Source: an uncultured Gammaproteobacteria bacterium
GTDB lineage: Bacteria; Pseudomonadota; Gammaproteobacteria; GCA-001735895
Direction of reading: 5' to 3'
DNA: 64,000 nt
NCBI GenBank assembly: GCA_947260025.1
Contig: CAMYON010000008.1
Coordinates: 19,242 to 83,241 of the forward strand
In this document: positions 1-9,376 of the stretch, in pieces
How the letters are laid out: every line of letters starts with the position of its first letter
Numbering within the stretch: the stretch's first letter is position 1
Notes under the pieces: model-generated
What the model saw: only the letters and a program-made list of their open reading frames with translations
Database searches by the model: none
Told to the model about the DNA's origin: nothing
Made by a program: the position numbers and the translations under genes

Positions 1-1317
1 TGCGAAGTACCCGAGTTGCATGATCTTTACGGCGCAGAATTTGAAACCGCCTATGCGGCTTACGAGGAAAAGGCCGATCGCGGTGAAATCAAGAATTTCC
101 GCCGTATGAAAGCGCTCGACCTGTGGCGCAAGATGCTTGGCATGCTGTTCGAAACCGGCCATCCCTGGATGACTTTCAAGGATCCCTGCAATATTCGTTC
201 GCCGCAGCAGCATTCTGGCGTGGTGCATTCGTCAAACCTGTGCACCGAGATCACGCTCAATACCTCGGACACCGAGATCGCGGTCTGTAACCTGGGCTCG
301 GTCAACCTGCCGCAGCATGTCGACGAAAACGGCCTTAACCTGGTAAAGCTCGAGCAGACCATCAACACCGCGATGCGCATGCTCGACAACGTGATTGATT
401 ACAATTATTACAGCGTGCCGCAAGCACGCACCTCGAACCTGCGCCATCGACCGGTCGGCCTTGGCATCATGGGATTCCAGGACGCGCTCTACAAGCAGCA
501 TATTCCCTACGCCTCGGAAGACGCGATCGAATTCGCCGACGAGTCGATGGAAGCGGTTAGCTACTACGCGATCCAGGCGTCGACCCAGCTGGCCGAGGAA
601 CGCGGCAGCTATTCCAGCTACCAGGGTTCGCTGTGGAGCCAGGGCGTACTGCCGATCGATTCGGTGGCGCGCCTGCGCGAGACGCGTGGCGACTACCTGC
701 AGCAGGACGATAGCGCTCGCATGAACTGGGACAGCCTGCGCCAGCGAGTCATGAGCATCGGTATGCGCAACTCCAACACCATGGCGATTGCGCCGACCGC
801 AACTATTTCCAATATCTGCGGCGTGAGCCAGTCGATCGAGCCGATTTATCAGAACCTGTTCGTCAAGTCGAACCTGTCCGGCGAGTTTACCGTGGTTAAC
901 CCCTACCTTGTCGACGACCTCAAGCAACAGGGGCTGTGGGACGATGTCATGGTCAATGATCTGAAGTACTACGATGGCAGCCTGCAGCATATCGACCGGG
1001 TACCGGAAGACCTGAAAGCGATCTATGCCACCGCGTTTGAAATCGATTCGCGCTGGCTGGTCGAAGCCGGGTCTCGACGCCAGAAATGGATCGACCAGGG
1101 ACAATCGCTCAATCTTTACATGGCCGAACCCTCGGGCAAGAAGCTGGACAACCTGTACAAGCTGGCCTGGGTGCGTGGTTTGAAAACAACTTATTACCTG
1201 CGCTCGCTGGGCGCTACCGCGGTCGAGAAAAACGCGACCGGCAAGCCTGAGCCGACAATCGAGGAAGAACCGAAAGTTTGTTCGATCCTCGATCCGGATT
1301 GCGAAGCTTGTCAATAA
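1..1317 (+). CDS. nrdA: Ribonucleoside-diphosphate reductase class Ia alpha subunit, C-terminal part (5' end outside window)
   Basis: The frame is open from base 1, and the track start at 16 is an internal TTG. Class I large-subunit signatures are present (SNLCTEI active-site stretch, [15 protein letters not shown]-terminal Cys pair DPDCEACQ). nrdB follows 33 nt downstream. Confidence 0.95.
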   Translation, partial: CEVPELHDLYGAEFETAYAAYEEKADRGEIKNFRRMKALDLWRKMLGMLFETGHPWMTFKDPCNIRSPQQHSGVVHSSNLCTEITLNTSDTEIAVCNLGSVNLPQHVDENGLNLVKLEQTINTAMRMLDNVIDYNYYSVPQARTSNLRHRPVGLGIMGFQDALYKQHIPYASEDAIEFADESMEAVSYYAIQASTQLAEERGSYSSYQGSLWSQGVLPIDSVARLRETRGDYLQQDDSARMNWDSLRQRVMSIGMRNSNTMAIAPTATISNICGVSQSIEPIYQNLFVKSNLSGEFTVVNPYLVDDLKQQGLWDDVMVNDLKYYDGSLQHIDRVPEDLKAIYATAFEIDSRWLVEAGSRRQKWIDQGQSLNLYMAEPSGKKLDNLYKLAWVRGLKTTYYLRSLGATAVEKNATGKPEPTIEEEPKVCSILDPDCEACQ

Positions 1318-1350
1318 AACAGCAGCAGATACAAAACGTAGGAGAAACAA

Positions 1351-2517
1351 ATGTTAAATTGGGATGAACCATTAACCCCACAAGCACAACGAGTACCGGA
1401 ACCAGTGCCGACACCCGCTGTCGAACCCGCGGCCACGCCGATTGCGCCCGAGGCTCCAAGCAAGCAAACGCGCAACGAACGGGTTTCCGAGCCTGCAGCA
1501 ATGCCGACCTCGGCAAAGCCGATCAATCCGGATGACAAGCGTGTTGTTAATGGCCTCGCCGATATCAATCAGCTGGCACCCTTCAAGTATCCCTGGGCGT
1601 GGGAGTATTTTCTCAACGCCAACAAGAATCACTGGACACCGCTCGATATCAACATGACCCAGGACGTGCATGATTACCAGCACAAACTGACGCTGGAAGA
1701 ACGCCACGTTTACGAAAACGTGCTGTCCTACCTGACGACGTCCGACATCATGGCGATGCGCAATATCGGACTCGCGGTAATGGAAAAAATGTCGGCGCCC
1801 GAGTTGCAAATTTACCAGGCACGCCAGGTTTACGAGGAAGCGATGCACACCTGGACCTACCAGCACTGCATCGAAACCATCGGCCTCGATCAGGGCGAAA
1901 TTTATAACCGTTATCGCGTGGTTCCGGAAATTCACCACAAGATCCAGATGTGTAACCAGCGCCTGGATTCGGTATTGCGTCCCGATATCGACCTTAACGA
2001 TCGCGACGAACTCGAAAACTTCGTGCTCGCCTATACCTTCTTCGCCGGCGTGTTCGAAGGCACCTGGTTTTACAACGGCTTCAGCCCGGTCTTCGCACTG
2101 CAGCGGCGCGGCCTGATGAAGGGTTCCGCCGAACAATTGCAGTACATCATGCGCGACGAAGTGTTACACGCGTCGTTCGGCATTCGGGTATGCAATCAAA
2201 TTATCACCGAGGAAAAGCTCAAGCTCGACCCGAAAGTAATTCAGCGGATGTGGGAAGAAGCCGAGGCTGCGGAAACCCAGTATGCGAGGTTCCTGCTGCC
2301 CGATCCTATCCTGGGTTATAGCGCTGAAGATCATATTGCGCAGTTCCGCTTTATCGCCAACCGACGTGCTAACAAATTGCATCATGAGATCCCGTTCCCG
2401 GGTGCTGAAAACGCGCTGCCGTGGCTGGATGAACAGGCAAACCTGAAAAAGGAGAAAAACTTTTTTGAGACCCGCGTCACCGAGTATCAAACTGGTGGCG
2501 CACTGAACTGGGACTGA
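1351..2517 (+). CDS. nrdB: Ribonucleoside-diphosphate reductase beta subunit with Pro/Ala-rich N-terminal extension
   Basis: The ATG is preceded by AGGAGA. Di-iron/tyrosyl-radical subunit motifs are present (YEEAMHTWTY, MRDEVLHASF). It lies immediately after nrdA. The ~70-aa low-complexity N-terminus resembles Pseudomonas-type NrdB. Confidence 0.93.
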   Translation: MLNWDEPLTPQAQRVPEPVPTPAVEPAATPIAPEAPSKQTRNERVSEPAAMPTSAKPINPDDKRVVNGLADINQLAPFKYPWAWEYFLNANKNHWTPLDINMTQDVHDYQHKLTLEERHVYENVLSYLTTSDIMAMRNIGLAVMEKMSAPELQIYQARQVYEEAMHTWTYQHCIETIGLDQGEIYNRYRVVPEIHHKIQMCNQRLDSVLRPDIDLNDRDELENFVLAYTFFAGVFEGTWFYNGFSPVFALQRRGLMKGSAEQLQYIMRDEVLHASFGIRVCNQIITEEKLKLDPKVIQRMWEEAEAAETQYARFLLPDPILGYSAEDHIAQFRFIANRRANKLHHEIPFPGAENALPWLDEQANLKKEKNFFETRVTEYQTGGALNWD

Positions 2518-2571
2518 GGAGTCCTTACCGAATTAGTGTTACACGCGCTCTTCGGTTGTAACCTTGGGCCA

Positions 2572-2611
2572 GGTATCGGGATACCCCATATCCCGATATC
2601 TGGTCTTTTTT
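2572..2611 (+). terminator. Probable intrinsic terminator after nrdB
   Basis: A perfect 9-bp stem ATCGGGATA/TATCCCGAT (2575-2583 / 2589-2597) has loop CCCCA and is extendable by 3 more pairs. A T6 run follows at 2606-2611. Confidence 0.55.
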
Positions 2612-2642
2612 ATTGGCTCCCACAAAGCTGAGCTGCCTCGGC

Positions 2643-3713
2643 ATGACTGCCCGTCCCAGCCTGCCATTCGACAACCCGCCGGAAAGTATCTGCATTATTC
2701 GCCTGTCCGCGCTTGGCGACGTAACGCACGCGGTTCCGGTGGTGCGCGCCATTCAACATCAATGGCCCGCAACCAGGATCACCTGGATAACCTCGAGTTT
2801 TGAATACAAGCTGCTATCGGCGCTGCAGGGCGTGCGTTTCGTCGTTACCGACAAGAAGTCTGGCTGGCCTGGCTACTGGCAGTTGAAGCGCGAACTGGCG
2901 GGAGAACGGTTTGACGTCATGTTGCAAATGCAGACCTCGGCGCGCGCGAACCTGACCGGCGCCTGCGTCAAGGCGGACATTAAACTGGGCTGGGACAAGT
3001 ACCGGGCGCGCGACTTTCATCGCTGGTTCATGACCCACCAGATACCCGAAACCCGGTTTGAGCACCAGGTTCAGGGGCATTTGTCGTTTGCCCGCACCAT
3101 CGGGCTCGACGCACAACAACCGGAATGGGACTTCCCGGTCACCGCCGAGGCCGCGGCATTTGTCGAGCAGACCGTACCGACCGACAACCGCTTGCTGCTG
3201 ATCTCTCCCTGTTCGAGTCATCCGGCGCGTAACTGGCGCCCCCAACGCTACGCTGCGGTGGCCGATTACGCGGCGCAGCGACACTCGATGACCGTGGTCC
3301 TGTCGGGCGGCCCGTCTTCCACCGAGATCGCAATCGGTGCGGCCATCGAGTCGGCCATGCGAACCACGCCAACCAACCTGATCGGTAAGGATACGCTGCC
3401 GCAACTGGTCGCGCTGCTCAAGCGTGCCGACCTGGTCATCAGCCCGGATTCCGGTCCCGCGCACCTGGCGAACGCACTGGCGACGCCGGTGATCGGTCTG
3501 CACGCCAGCACCTGGTCGCGGCGCAGCGGACCCTACGGTTCGCTCGACCTGTGTGTCGACAGGTTCGCCGAGGCGGCGCAAAAATTCAGAGGCGTGAAAC
3601 CGGAGGAACTAAGATGGGGAACCCGTATCGCGAATGAAGGCGTAATGGACCTGATCGAGGTCGACGAGGTTACCGAACGCCTGGATTTTGCTATTGGGCG
3701 CCTGCCACGCTAA
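2643..3713 (+). CDS. Glycosyltransferase family 9 (LPS heptosyltransferase-like)
   Basis: The translation starts ...ICIIRLSALGDVTHAVPVVRAI... and ends with ...LVISPDSGPAHLANALATPVIGLH..., both typical of GT9 heptosyltransferases. The track start at 2613 is a TTG inside the upstream terminator T-run, so the ATG at 2643 is preferred. Confidence 0.75.
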   Translation: MTARPSLPFDNPPESICIIRLSALGDVTHAVPVVRAIQHQWPATRITWITSSFEYKLLSALQGVRFVVTDKKSGWPGYWQLKRELAGERFDVMLQMQTSARANLTGACVKADIKLGWDKYRARDFHRWFMTHQIPETRFEHQVQGHLSFARTIGLDAQQPEWDFPVTAEAAAFVEQTVPTDNRLLLISPCSSHPARNWRPQRYAAVADYAAQRHSMTVVLSGGPSSTEIAIGAAIESAMRTTPTNLIGKDTLPQLVALLKRADLVISPDSGPAHLANALATPVIGLHASTWSRRSGPYGSLDLCVDRFAEAAQKFRGVKPEELRWGTRIANEGVMDLIEVDEVTERLDFAIGRLPR

Positions 3714-3739
3714 AGCCCGCGGTGCCGACTTCATAAATC

Positions 3740-4663
3740 TCAGTCTAAAGCCGCGGCCTGGCGCAACAGGTTGATCGGCGCGAGTTCTGGCAAACGGCAA
3801 TTTTCCAGGCGCACAATGCTGGTATGCACGAAGGCATGCTGACCCGAAAGGCATGCGTGGCTCACTGTATCGGTAAATACCATCCACGCGGAAAATGGCG
3901 GAAAACGAAACTCCTCGTGCCCCTGCTGTTGCTGTTGAAACGCCGGAGTGTCTTTCATGTAGTTGTGAAACCTGCGCATTTCACGATCGAAGGGTGAGGA
4001 ATCCAGCACTTTTGCCGTCGGCATTCCCGCCCTGGAGAGACCGTTCACCAGGCCCGACCATAGATGGTCCAGCGGCCCCTTCGACAGGTAATTCTTACCC
4101 GCCGATTCATACTTCATATGCGCCCGCGAACCATGGGATCGCAGCAGGTCGTTAAAACTTCCCTTGCTCGCCCAGACCCGGTCTTCATCCGGGTTGACGT
4201 TAATGAAAAAACGCAGGATCCGGTCACCATTGGTGGCGCCATAGGCCCCCGCATCGATGTGCACCAGTTCGTTACTGGCATGCGCGTCCAGGTTTCTACC
4301 GTGTTCCTGAATTGGCCGAAAACTGCAGGTACCGACGGTCCAGTCTGCGGTCAGGCGCGGGGCGGCGGCTGCCAGAAACCCGGCTATATCGTCACTCACC
4401 GATTTCAGAACCTGACTGACGCGCTGCACCAGTTCGGGGTCTTCGCTGTCGAGGCCGCGCACGCTGCCTGCCTCGGGGTGAAAGCTGACATTCTTCAGCT
4501 TTATCAGGTTGGGGAGTTCCTGTCGCAGGAAAGACAACTCATCTGCCGCAGGTAAAGGCACCGGGGTTTGTGGGAAGAAGACTATCGAGCCCCGCTCCAA
4601 CGAATCGGAAATTTCGTCGGGCCCTAGTTGCTCCAGGCGTTCTGCATCATATGTGTCCAGCAT
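3740..4663 (-). CDS. kdoO: Kdo hydroxylase-like Fe(II)/2-oxoglutarate dioxygenase (KdoO family)
   Basis: The 307-aa product carries an HxD...H facial-triad pattern (ELVHIDAG ... HAFVHT) and an RILRFFINVNP block that I recall from Kdo 3-hydroxylases. It is convergent with a GT9 LPS-core gene. The assignment is from memory of the family and is not searched. Confidence 0.55.
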   Translation of the reverse strand: MLDTYDAERLEQLGPDEISDSLERGSIVFFPQTPVPLPAADELSFLRQELPNLIKLKNVSFHPEAGSVRGLDSEDPELVQRVSQVLKSVSDDIAGFLAAAAPRLTADWTVGTCSFRPIQEHGRNLDAHASNELVHIDAGAYGATNGDRILRFFINVNPDEDRVWASKGSFNDLLRSHGSRAHMKYESAGKNYLSKGPLDHLWSGLVNGLSRAGMPTAKVLDSSPFDREMRRFHNYMKDTPAFQQQQQGHEEFRFPPFSAWMVFTDTVSHACLSGQHAFVHTSIVRLENCRLPELAPINLLRQAAALD

Positions 4664-4847
4664 AAAACGTTATCCGTAAAGGCCGAAGCCCTGCAATCAA
4701 GTAGAGAATGGAGCCATACTCTACTATCCGGACAATTCAATGTCATCTGCCAGCGCGACATCGCGCCTTTTAAGATCGAGGCTGGCGAGAAATCGATAAG
4801 CCTGAATCCGGCGGCGGCATCCTGTCGACACCGCCACCATGCCTGGC

Positions 4848-5051
4848 CTAGGAAAAGGCCTGGCCAGGCTTGCTGCCCAGGGCTTTCAGAATTTTCACCA
4901 GCGGGCAAAAACCGGTGAACGAAGCCTGCAACAGGTTGGCGCCGACGAAGGCGGTCAGAAACAACCAGTAAACGTGATGTAGCTGCGACAGCAACACGCT
5001 GACCAGGACTACGGCGCCGGCAAACATCATAACGATGCGATCGATAGTCAT
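4848..5051 (-). CDS. DUF2892 (YgaP-C-terminal-like) small membrane protein
   Basis: The 67-aa product has two hydrophobic helices and the family-typical ...[22 protein letters not shown] motif. The ATG is preceded by GGAGA. Confidence 0.8.
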   Translation of the reverse strand: MTIDRIVMMFAGAVVLVSVLLSQLHHVYWLFLTAFVGANLLQASFTGFCPLVKILKALGSKPGQAFS

Positions 5052-5077
5052 AATTATCTCCTGAAAAATTTCGCCGC

Positions 5078-5107
5078 AGTATATTAGATTTACCTAATAT
5101 TAGTCAA
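5078..5107 (-). promoter_or_regulatory. Sigma-70-like promoter with embedded 7-6-7 palindromic operator upstream of the DUF2892 gene
   Basis: On the minus strand the promoter reads TTGACT (5107-5102), an 18-nt spacer, then TATACT (5083-5078). The spacer is filled by the inverted repeat ATATTAG-N6-CTAATAT (5081-5100). The start codon is ~27 nt downstream. Confidence 0.45.
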
Positions 5108-5336
5108 TTCTTATAAAGATCAGGGCGAGGATTGTTTTCCCCGCATAATTTCCCCTGGCGGAGGGGGCGGAGTCGGCATCGTCGAGCCATTTAAAATCAG
5201 TAATTCAACGATAGACGAGCTTAAAGCACACGGTCCTGCGATAATGAAACCGGTTGAACCAGCGTTCCAGCACACGTCCCGGGTTTTCGAGCGTGAAGTA
5301 ACTGGTCTGTAAGTTCAAAAACGACATGCGTCCAAA

Positions 5337-6119
5337 TTACCACAACGCGCCGGCGTTGAGCTGAATGTCTTCCATGGTGATGCCCTGCGCCTCGTCATGA
5401 CAGAGAAACGCGGCCAACGCTCCAAGCTCGCCGGGTTGCACCAGCCGCCGCTGCGGCTGCTCGGCAATCACCCTGGCATATTCCTCGTCCACGCTGGTGC
5501 CCGCATTGCTTGCCTGGATCGCCATGCTATTGTCCATCATCTCGGTCTGCACCCAGGTTGGACTGATCACCACGGAACTAACCCCGTGCGGTGCGCCTTC
5601 GAGCGCCACGGCCCGGTTCAATCCGAGCAGACCCGACTTCGAGGCACAGTAGGCGGCATGATCCGCTGTCGCGGTAGTGGCCGCGGTCGAGCCGATGTTG
5701 ATGATACGTCCCCAGCGGCGTTCGATCATTTTCGGCAGGCAGGCGCGAATCATGCGAAACGGACCGCTCAGGTTGATGTCGATCACGTCGAGCCAGGATT
5801 GCTCGTCGTGACCACAAACATGTTCGTGGATGGTAACGCCAGCCGCATTCACCAGGATATCGGCCGGCCCGTGTTGCGCCTCGAGTGCACTGACAAACGC
5901 GCTGACGCTATCGGCGTCGGCGACGTCGAGCGGCTGGTAAAACAGCGCATCGCTAACCGCCTCGAGTTCCGCGATAATCGTCTCGGGTTGCCGACGCGCA
6001 CCCACCGCGATGGTGGCGCCGCGCTCGGCCAGCGCGATCGCGATCGCCTTGCCGATGCCGGCAAAGCCCCCGGTAATAATCGCCACCCGGCCCTCGAGAT
6101 AGCGCTCCAAGCTTACCAC
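5337..6119 (-). CDS. Short-chain dehydrogenase/reductase (SDR) family oxidoreductase
   Basis: It has the TGGxxGIG cofactor motif ([15 protein letters not shown]), the NAAG motif and a YxxxK catalytic motif (YCASK). The GTG start overlaps the gloA-like stop by 7 nt. Confidence 0.85.
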   Translation of the reverse strand: MVSLERYLEGRVAIITGGFAGIGKAIAIALAERGATIAVGARRQPETIIAELEAVSDALFYQPLDVADADSVSAFVSALEAQHGPADILVNAAGVTIHEHVCGHDEQSWLDVIDINLSGPFRMIRACLPKMIERRWGRIINIGSTAATTATADHAAYCASKSGLLGLNRAVALEGAPHGVSSVVISPTWVQTEMMDNSMAIQASNAGTSVDEEYARVIAEQPQRRLVQPGELGALAAFLCHDEAQGITMEDIQLNAGALW

Positions 6120-6553
6120 TCGCCGGTCGTTTGCATCGAAGCCCAGGGTTCGGCCGACGGCAGCGGATCACCCTTTTGCAGCAGCTCGATCGAAATGTTA
6201 TCCGGCGAACGGAAAAACGCCATGTGGCCGTCACGGGGTGGAACGTTAATCGTGATGCCGGCGTCCAGCGCCCTCTGACAAATCGCGTAGACGTCGTCTA
6301 CCGCGAACGCCAGGTGCCCGAAGTTACGTCCACCCTGGTAGACCTCGCCGTCCCAGTTATAAGTCAACTCGATCAACGGCGCGCGTTCGGCCCTGACCTG
6401 ATCGACATCCTCCGGCGCGGCCAGGTAAACCAGCGTAAACTGTCCCTCTTCGCTTTCGTAACGATCGGTTTCAACCAGGCCCAACAGGTCCCGGTAAAAA
6501 CCGAGCGACTCATCGAGATCGTGCACGCGCACCATGGTGTGGAGATATTTCAT
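6113..6553 (-). CDS. gloA: Lactoylglutathione lyase (glyoxalase I, VOC family)
   Basis: MKYLHTMVRVHDLDESLGFY...ELTYNW...GHLAFAVDD...IELLQ aligns along its whole length with the E. coli GloA pattern MRLLHTMLRVGDL...ELTYNW...GHIAL...IELIE. Confidence 0.85.
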   Translation of the reverse strand: MKYLHTMVRVHDLDESLGFYRDLLGLVETDRYESEEGQFTLVYLAAPEDVDQVRAERAPLIELTYNWDGEVYQGGRNFGHLAFAVDDVYAICQRALDAGITINVPPRDGHMAFFRSPDNISIELLQKGDPLPSAEPWASMQTTGEW

Positions 6554-6678
6554 TGCCGAATCCTGTGTTTATCGAGGCCGGAATAAGAAAGCCGCCGCAG
6601 TATCCATCAGCGGGCAATGCGGACTGGTAAGCCAGGCTGGAATTCACTAACATCGGCCGAAAACTAGCTGATGACGCC

Positions 6679-7830
6679 ATGAAATTGAATCCGAATGTAC
6701 TCGATTGCGCCGCGGCGCCGATCGCCGAAGCCTGGTCCTGGGTGAAGGACCCGGCCTCTTCAAACCTGATCGATATGTGCCAGGCGGTGCCGGCGCATCT
6801 GCCGCCGCAGTCGCTGCGCGATTATCTCGGTGACGCCATCAAGGCCGGCGAAGGTGCTACCTACACCGATATTCGCGGCATTCCACCGCTGCGGGAGGCG
6901 CTGGCGGGGAATATCAGCGAACGCTACCAGGGATCGGTCGACGAGGCGGACGTCCTTATAACGGCCGGCTGTAACCAGGCCTTTTGCTCGGTGATCGACA
7001 CGCTGTGCCAGGCCGGTGACGAAGTGATCGTGCCGTTACCCTGTTATTTCAACCACCAGATGTGGTTGTCGACGCGCGCTGTTAGCCCGCGCTACCTGTC
7101 GTTCAATGCGGAAACCGCGATGCCGGATCCACACGAGGCACGCGACCTGATCAACGCGAATACGCGCGCCATCTTACTGGTGACACCGAACAATCCCAGC
7201 GGCGCAATCTATAGCCCCGATTGTATCGAAGCCTTCTTCGAGCTGGCTCGTGAACACGGGCTGGCACTGATCGTCGATGAAACCTACCGCGACTTCATCG
7301 ATATCGAGCAGTTGCCGCACCGGCTGTTCGCACGCGACGACTGGCGCGATACTTTTGTTCACCTTTATAGTTTTTCCAAGGTCTTCAGCCTGACCGGGTT
7401 CCGCACCGGCGCCGTGGTAGCGGGTCAGCCAATGCTGGAGCAACTCAAGAAAATTCAGGATTGCACCGCGATCTGCGCCCCGCATGCCGGGCAACTGGCC
7501 GCGCTCTACGGCTTGCGCAACCTGCATGACTGGAAGCTCGAGAAATCCGATGAGCTGGCGCAGCGCGCGATTGCAATCAGGCAGGTCTTCGACCATCCCG
7601 AGCTCAAGTATCGACTGGTTAGCGCCGGCGCCTATTTCGCCTACATCGAGCACCCGTTCGACGCCCCGGCAAGGGACGTGGTCAAGCGCCTGATCGAACA
7701 ACACGAAATCGTTTGTCTGCCCGGCAGCTATTTCGGCCAGCAACAGGAACAGTTTATCCGGCTAGCTTACGCCAACGTGCATGAAAGCCGTTTCGAAGAC
7801 GTCATCGGCAGGCTCATCGCCAGCCAGTAA
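6679..7830 (+). CDS. Class I/II PLP-dependent aminotransferase
   Basis: The 383-aa product has NPSG, a DETY-type Asp block (IVDETYRDF) and the PLP-lysine motif YSFSKVFSLTGFRTG. Confidence 0.85.
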   Translation: MKLNPNVLDCAAAPIAEAWSWVKDPASSNLIDMCQAVPAHLPPQSLRDYLGDAIKAGEGATYTDIRGIPPLREALAGNISERYQGSVDEADVLITAGCNQAFCSVIDTLCQAGDEVIVPLPCYFNHQMWLSTRAVSPRYLSFNAETAMPDPHEARDLINANTRAILLVTPNNPSGAIYSPDCIEAFFELAREHGLALIVDETYRDFIDIEQLPHRLFARDDWRDTFVHLYSFSKVFSLTGFRTGAVVAGQPMLEQLKKIQDCTAICAPHAGQLAALYGLRNLHDWKLEKSDELAQRAIAIRQVFDHPELKYRLVSAGAYFAYIEHPFDAPARDVVKRLIEQHEIVCLPGSYFGQQQEQFIRLAYANVHESRFEDVIGRLIASQ

Positions 7831-7845
7831 ATGGAGAAAGTGACA

Positions 7846-8256
7846 ATGAGTAAATCAGTTAAGGGCGCCTGCCTCTGCGGCCGGGTGCGGTACCAGGTAA
7901 CGGGCCCGTTCGACGAATTTCACTTGTGCCATTGCAGCCAGTGCCGTCGCTCGACCGGCAGCGCGCACGCGGCAAATATCTTTACCAGCGCCGATCGCCT
8001 GCAATGGCTGGCCGGCGAAGACTTGATCAAGCGCTACACGCCCGACGAGCCGGACGTCATCTCGAAATGCTTCTGTAGCCACTGCGGTTCGCTGGTGCCC
8101 TATACCAGCCTTAAAAGCGGCAAGCTGATCATCCCCGCGGGTAGTTTAAGTGATCCCGCCGGTATCGACCCCAACGACAACATCTTCTGGCGCGACCGCG
8201 CTGAATGGTATGACGCCGGCCTGCAGGCCAAACGCTGTGAGCAGGGCCCTGACTAA
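7846..8256 (+). CDS. GFA (glutathione-dependent formaldehyde-activating / CENP-V) family zinc protein
   Basis: Cys-rich motifs are present: CLCGRVRY, HLCHCSQCRR and CSHCGS. The ATG at 7846 has GGAGAA 7 nt upstream. An alternative ATG at 7831 abuts the upstream stop. Confidence 0.8.
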   Translation: MSKSVKGACLCGRVRYQVTGPFDEFHLCHCSQCRRSTGSAHAANIFTSADRLQWLAGEDLIKRYTPDEPDVISKCFCSHCGSLVPYTSLKSGKLIIPAGSLSDPAGIDPNDNIFWRDRAEWYDAGLQAKRCEQGPD

Positions 8257-8298
8257 ACCCTGGCGGCCCGCCGAAGTCCCACACTGCAGACCGAGATA

Positions 8299-9246
8299 AT
8301 GAAGAGAGTCGTCATGATACGTATCCTGCTTATACTGCTGGCTTTTTCCGGCAACCTTCACGCCGCTTTAGAGCACAATGCGGATCCGAAAATCGAGATC
8401 CTTGCCAAGAACCAGTTCGCCTTCGATCTCGACGGTAGCCGCATCAGCGTCGAAATCCGCGACCGTGTACTGCGGGAAAAACAGGAAATCCTGCTCGACT
8501 GGGTAATTTATTCCGCGCAAGCTGTGCTGCAATACTACGACCGTTTCCCGGTCAGAAGCGTGCATATCAAGCTCATGGTTACCGACGGTCCCGCGGTACG
8601 TTTCGGGCGTGCCTTCGGCGGGGAAGCGCCGATGATACGCATCAACGTCGGTGAAGATATCAATCCCGAAATGCTGCGGCGCGACTGGGTGCTGGTGCAC
8701 GAAATGGTGCACCTGGCGATGGCCAACGTGCCGCAACGGCACGCCTGGCTGCTTGAGGGCCTGGCCACCTACGTTGAGTCAATCGCCCGTGCGCAGCACG
8801 GGCAGCTGGCCGAGGACCAGATCTGGCGCTATTTTATCGAGCGCATGCCGCAGGGGTTACCGCAGGTTGGCGACCGCGGACTCGACCACACTCCGACCTG
8901 GGGGCGAACCTACTGGGGAGGCGCTATCTTCTGTATGCTCGCCGACATCGAAATCCGGAGATTAACCGACAATCGTAAAAGCCTGCGCGAGGCCCTGCGT
9001 GGTGTGCTCAACGCGGACCTGTCGATGCACGCGGACAGCACGGCGATGCGAGTGTTCGAAACCGGCGACCGCGCCGTCGGCGTGGCCGTGCTGGTACCGC
9101 TGTACCAGAAAATGAAGTCGGACCCCTACCCCGTCGACCTCGACCAACTATGGGCGTCGCTGGGCATTAGCCTCGAGAATCAACAGGTCGTCTACAACGA
9201 CGAGGCGCCCATGGCCCATATCCGCAAGCACCTGCTCAAATCCTGA
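8299..9246 (+). CDS. Secreted HExxH zinc metallopeptidase-like protein (M1/M61-like gluzincin fold)
   Basis: It has an N-terminal signal peptide (ILLILLAFSGNLHA), a HEMVH motif and a downstream Glu (LLEGLATYVE). Confidence 0.6.
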   Translation: MKRVVMIRILLILLAFSGNLHAALEHNADPKIEILAKNQFAFDLDGSRISVEIRDRVLREKQEILLDWVIYSAQAVLQYYDRFPVRSVHIKLMVTDGPAVRFGRAFGGEAPMIRINVGEDINPEMLRRDWVLVHEMVHLAMANVPQRHAWLLEGLATYVESIARAQHGQLAEDQIWRYFIERMPQGLPQVGDRGLDHTPTWGRTYWGGAIFCMLADIEIRRLTDNRKSLREALRGVLNADLSMHADSTAMRVFETGDRAVGVAVLVPLYQKMKSDPYPVDLDQLWASLGISLENQQVVYNDEAPMAHIRKHLLKS

Positions 9247-9256
9247 CCCCCCCCAT

Positions 9257-9338
9257 TAATTCTGGGTCAGAGTAAAAACTGTTCGATCTCCAGAGCAATG
9301 AATACCCGTCCAGCTATTTTTACTCTGACCCAGAATTA
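9257..9338. repeat. MITE/REP-like palindromic element, copy 1 (22-bp perfect terminal inverted repeats, 38-bp spacer)
   Basis: TAATTCTGGGTCAGAGTAAAAA (9257-9278) is the exact reverse complement of TTTTTACTCTGACCCAGAATTA (9317-9338). It shares the core GGGTCAGAG[T/C]AAAAA with the two elements at 49741-49907. It lies between convergent genes. Confidence 0.7.
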
Positions 9339-9376
9339 TTTTCTGATCCAGGGTAATCTGCTCTGGTTAAAACGGA

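Noticed and set aside
232-1350. A 372-aa minus-strand ORF antisense to nrdA.
   Set aside because: It is a shadow ORF. The plus strand is canonical RNR large subunit.
5205-5327. A 40-codon minus-strand ORF (MSFLNLQTSYFTLENPGRVLERWFNRFHYRRTVCFKLVYR) 10 nt downstream of the SDR gene.
   Set aside because: It has no Shine-Dalgarno, no recognisable family and no hydrophobic or structural signature. It could be a gene remnant or chance ORF in a 285-bp AT-rich spacer. It deserves only a conservation check.
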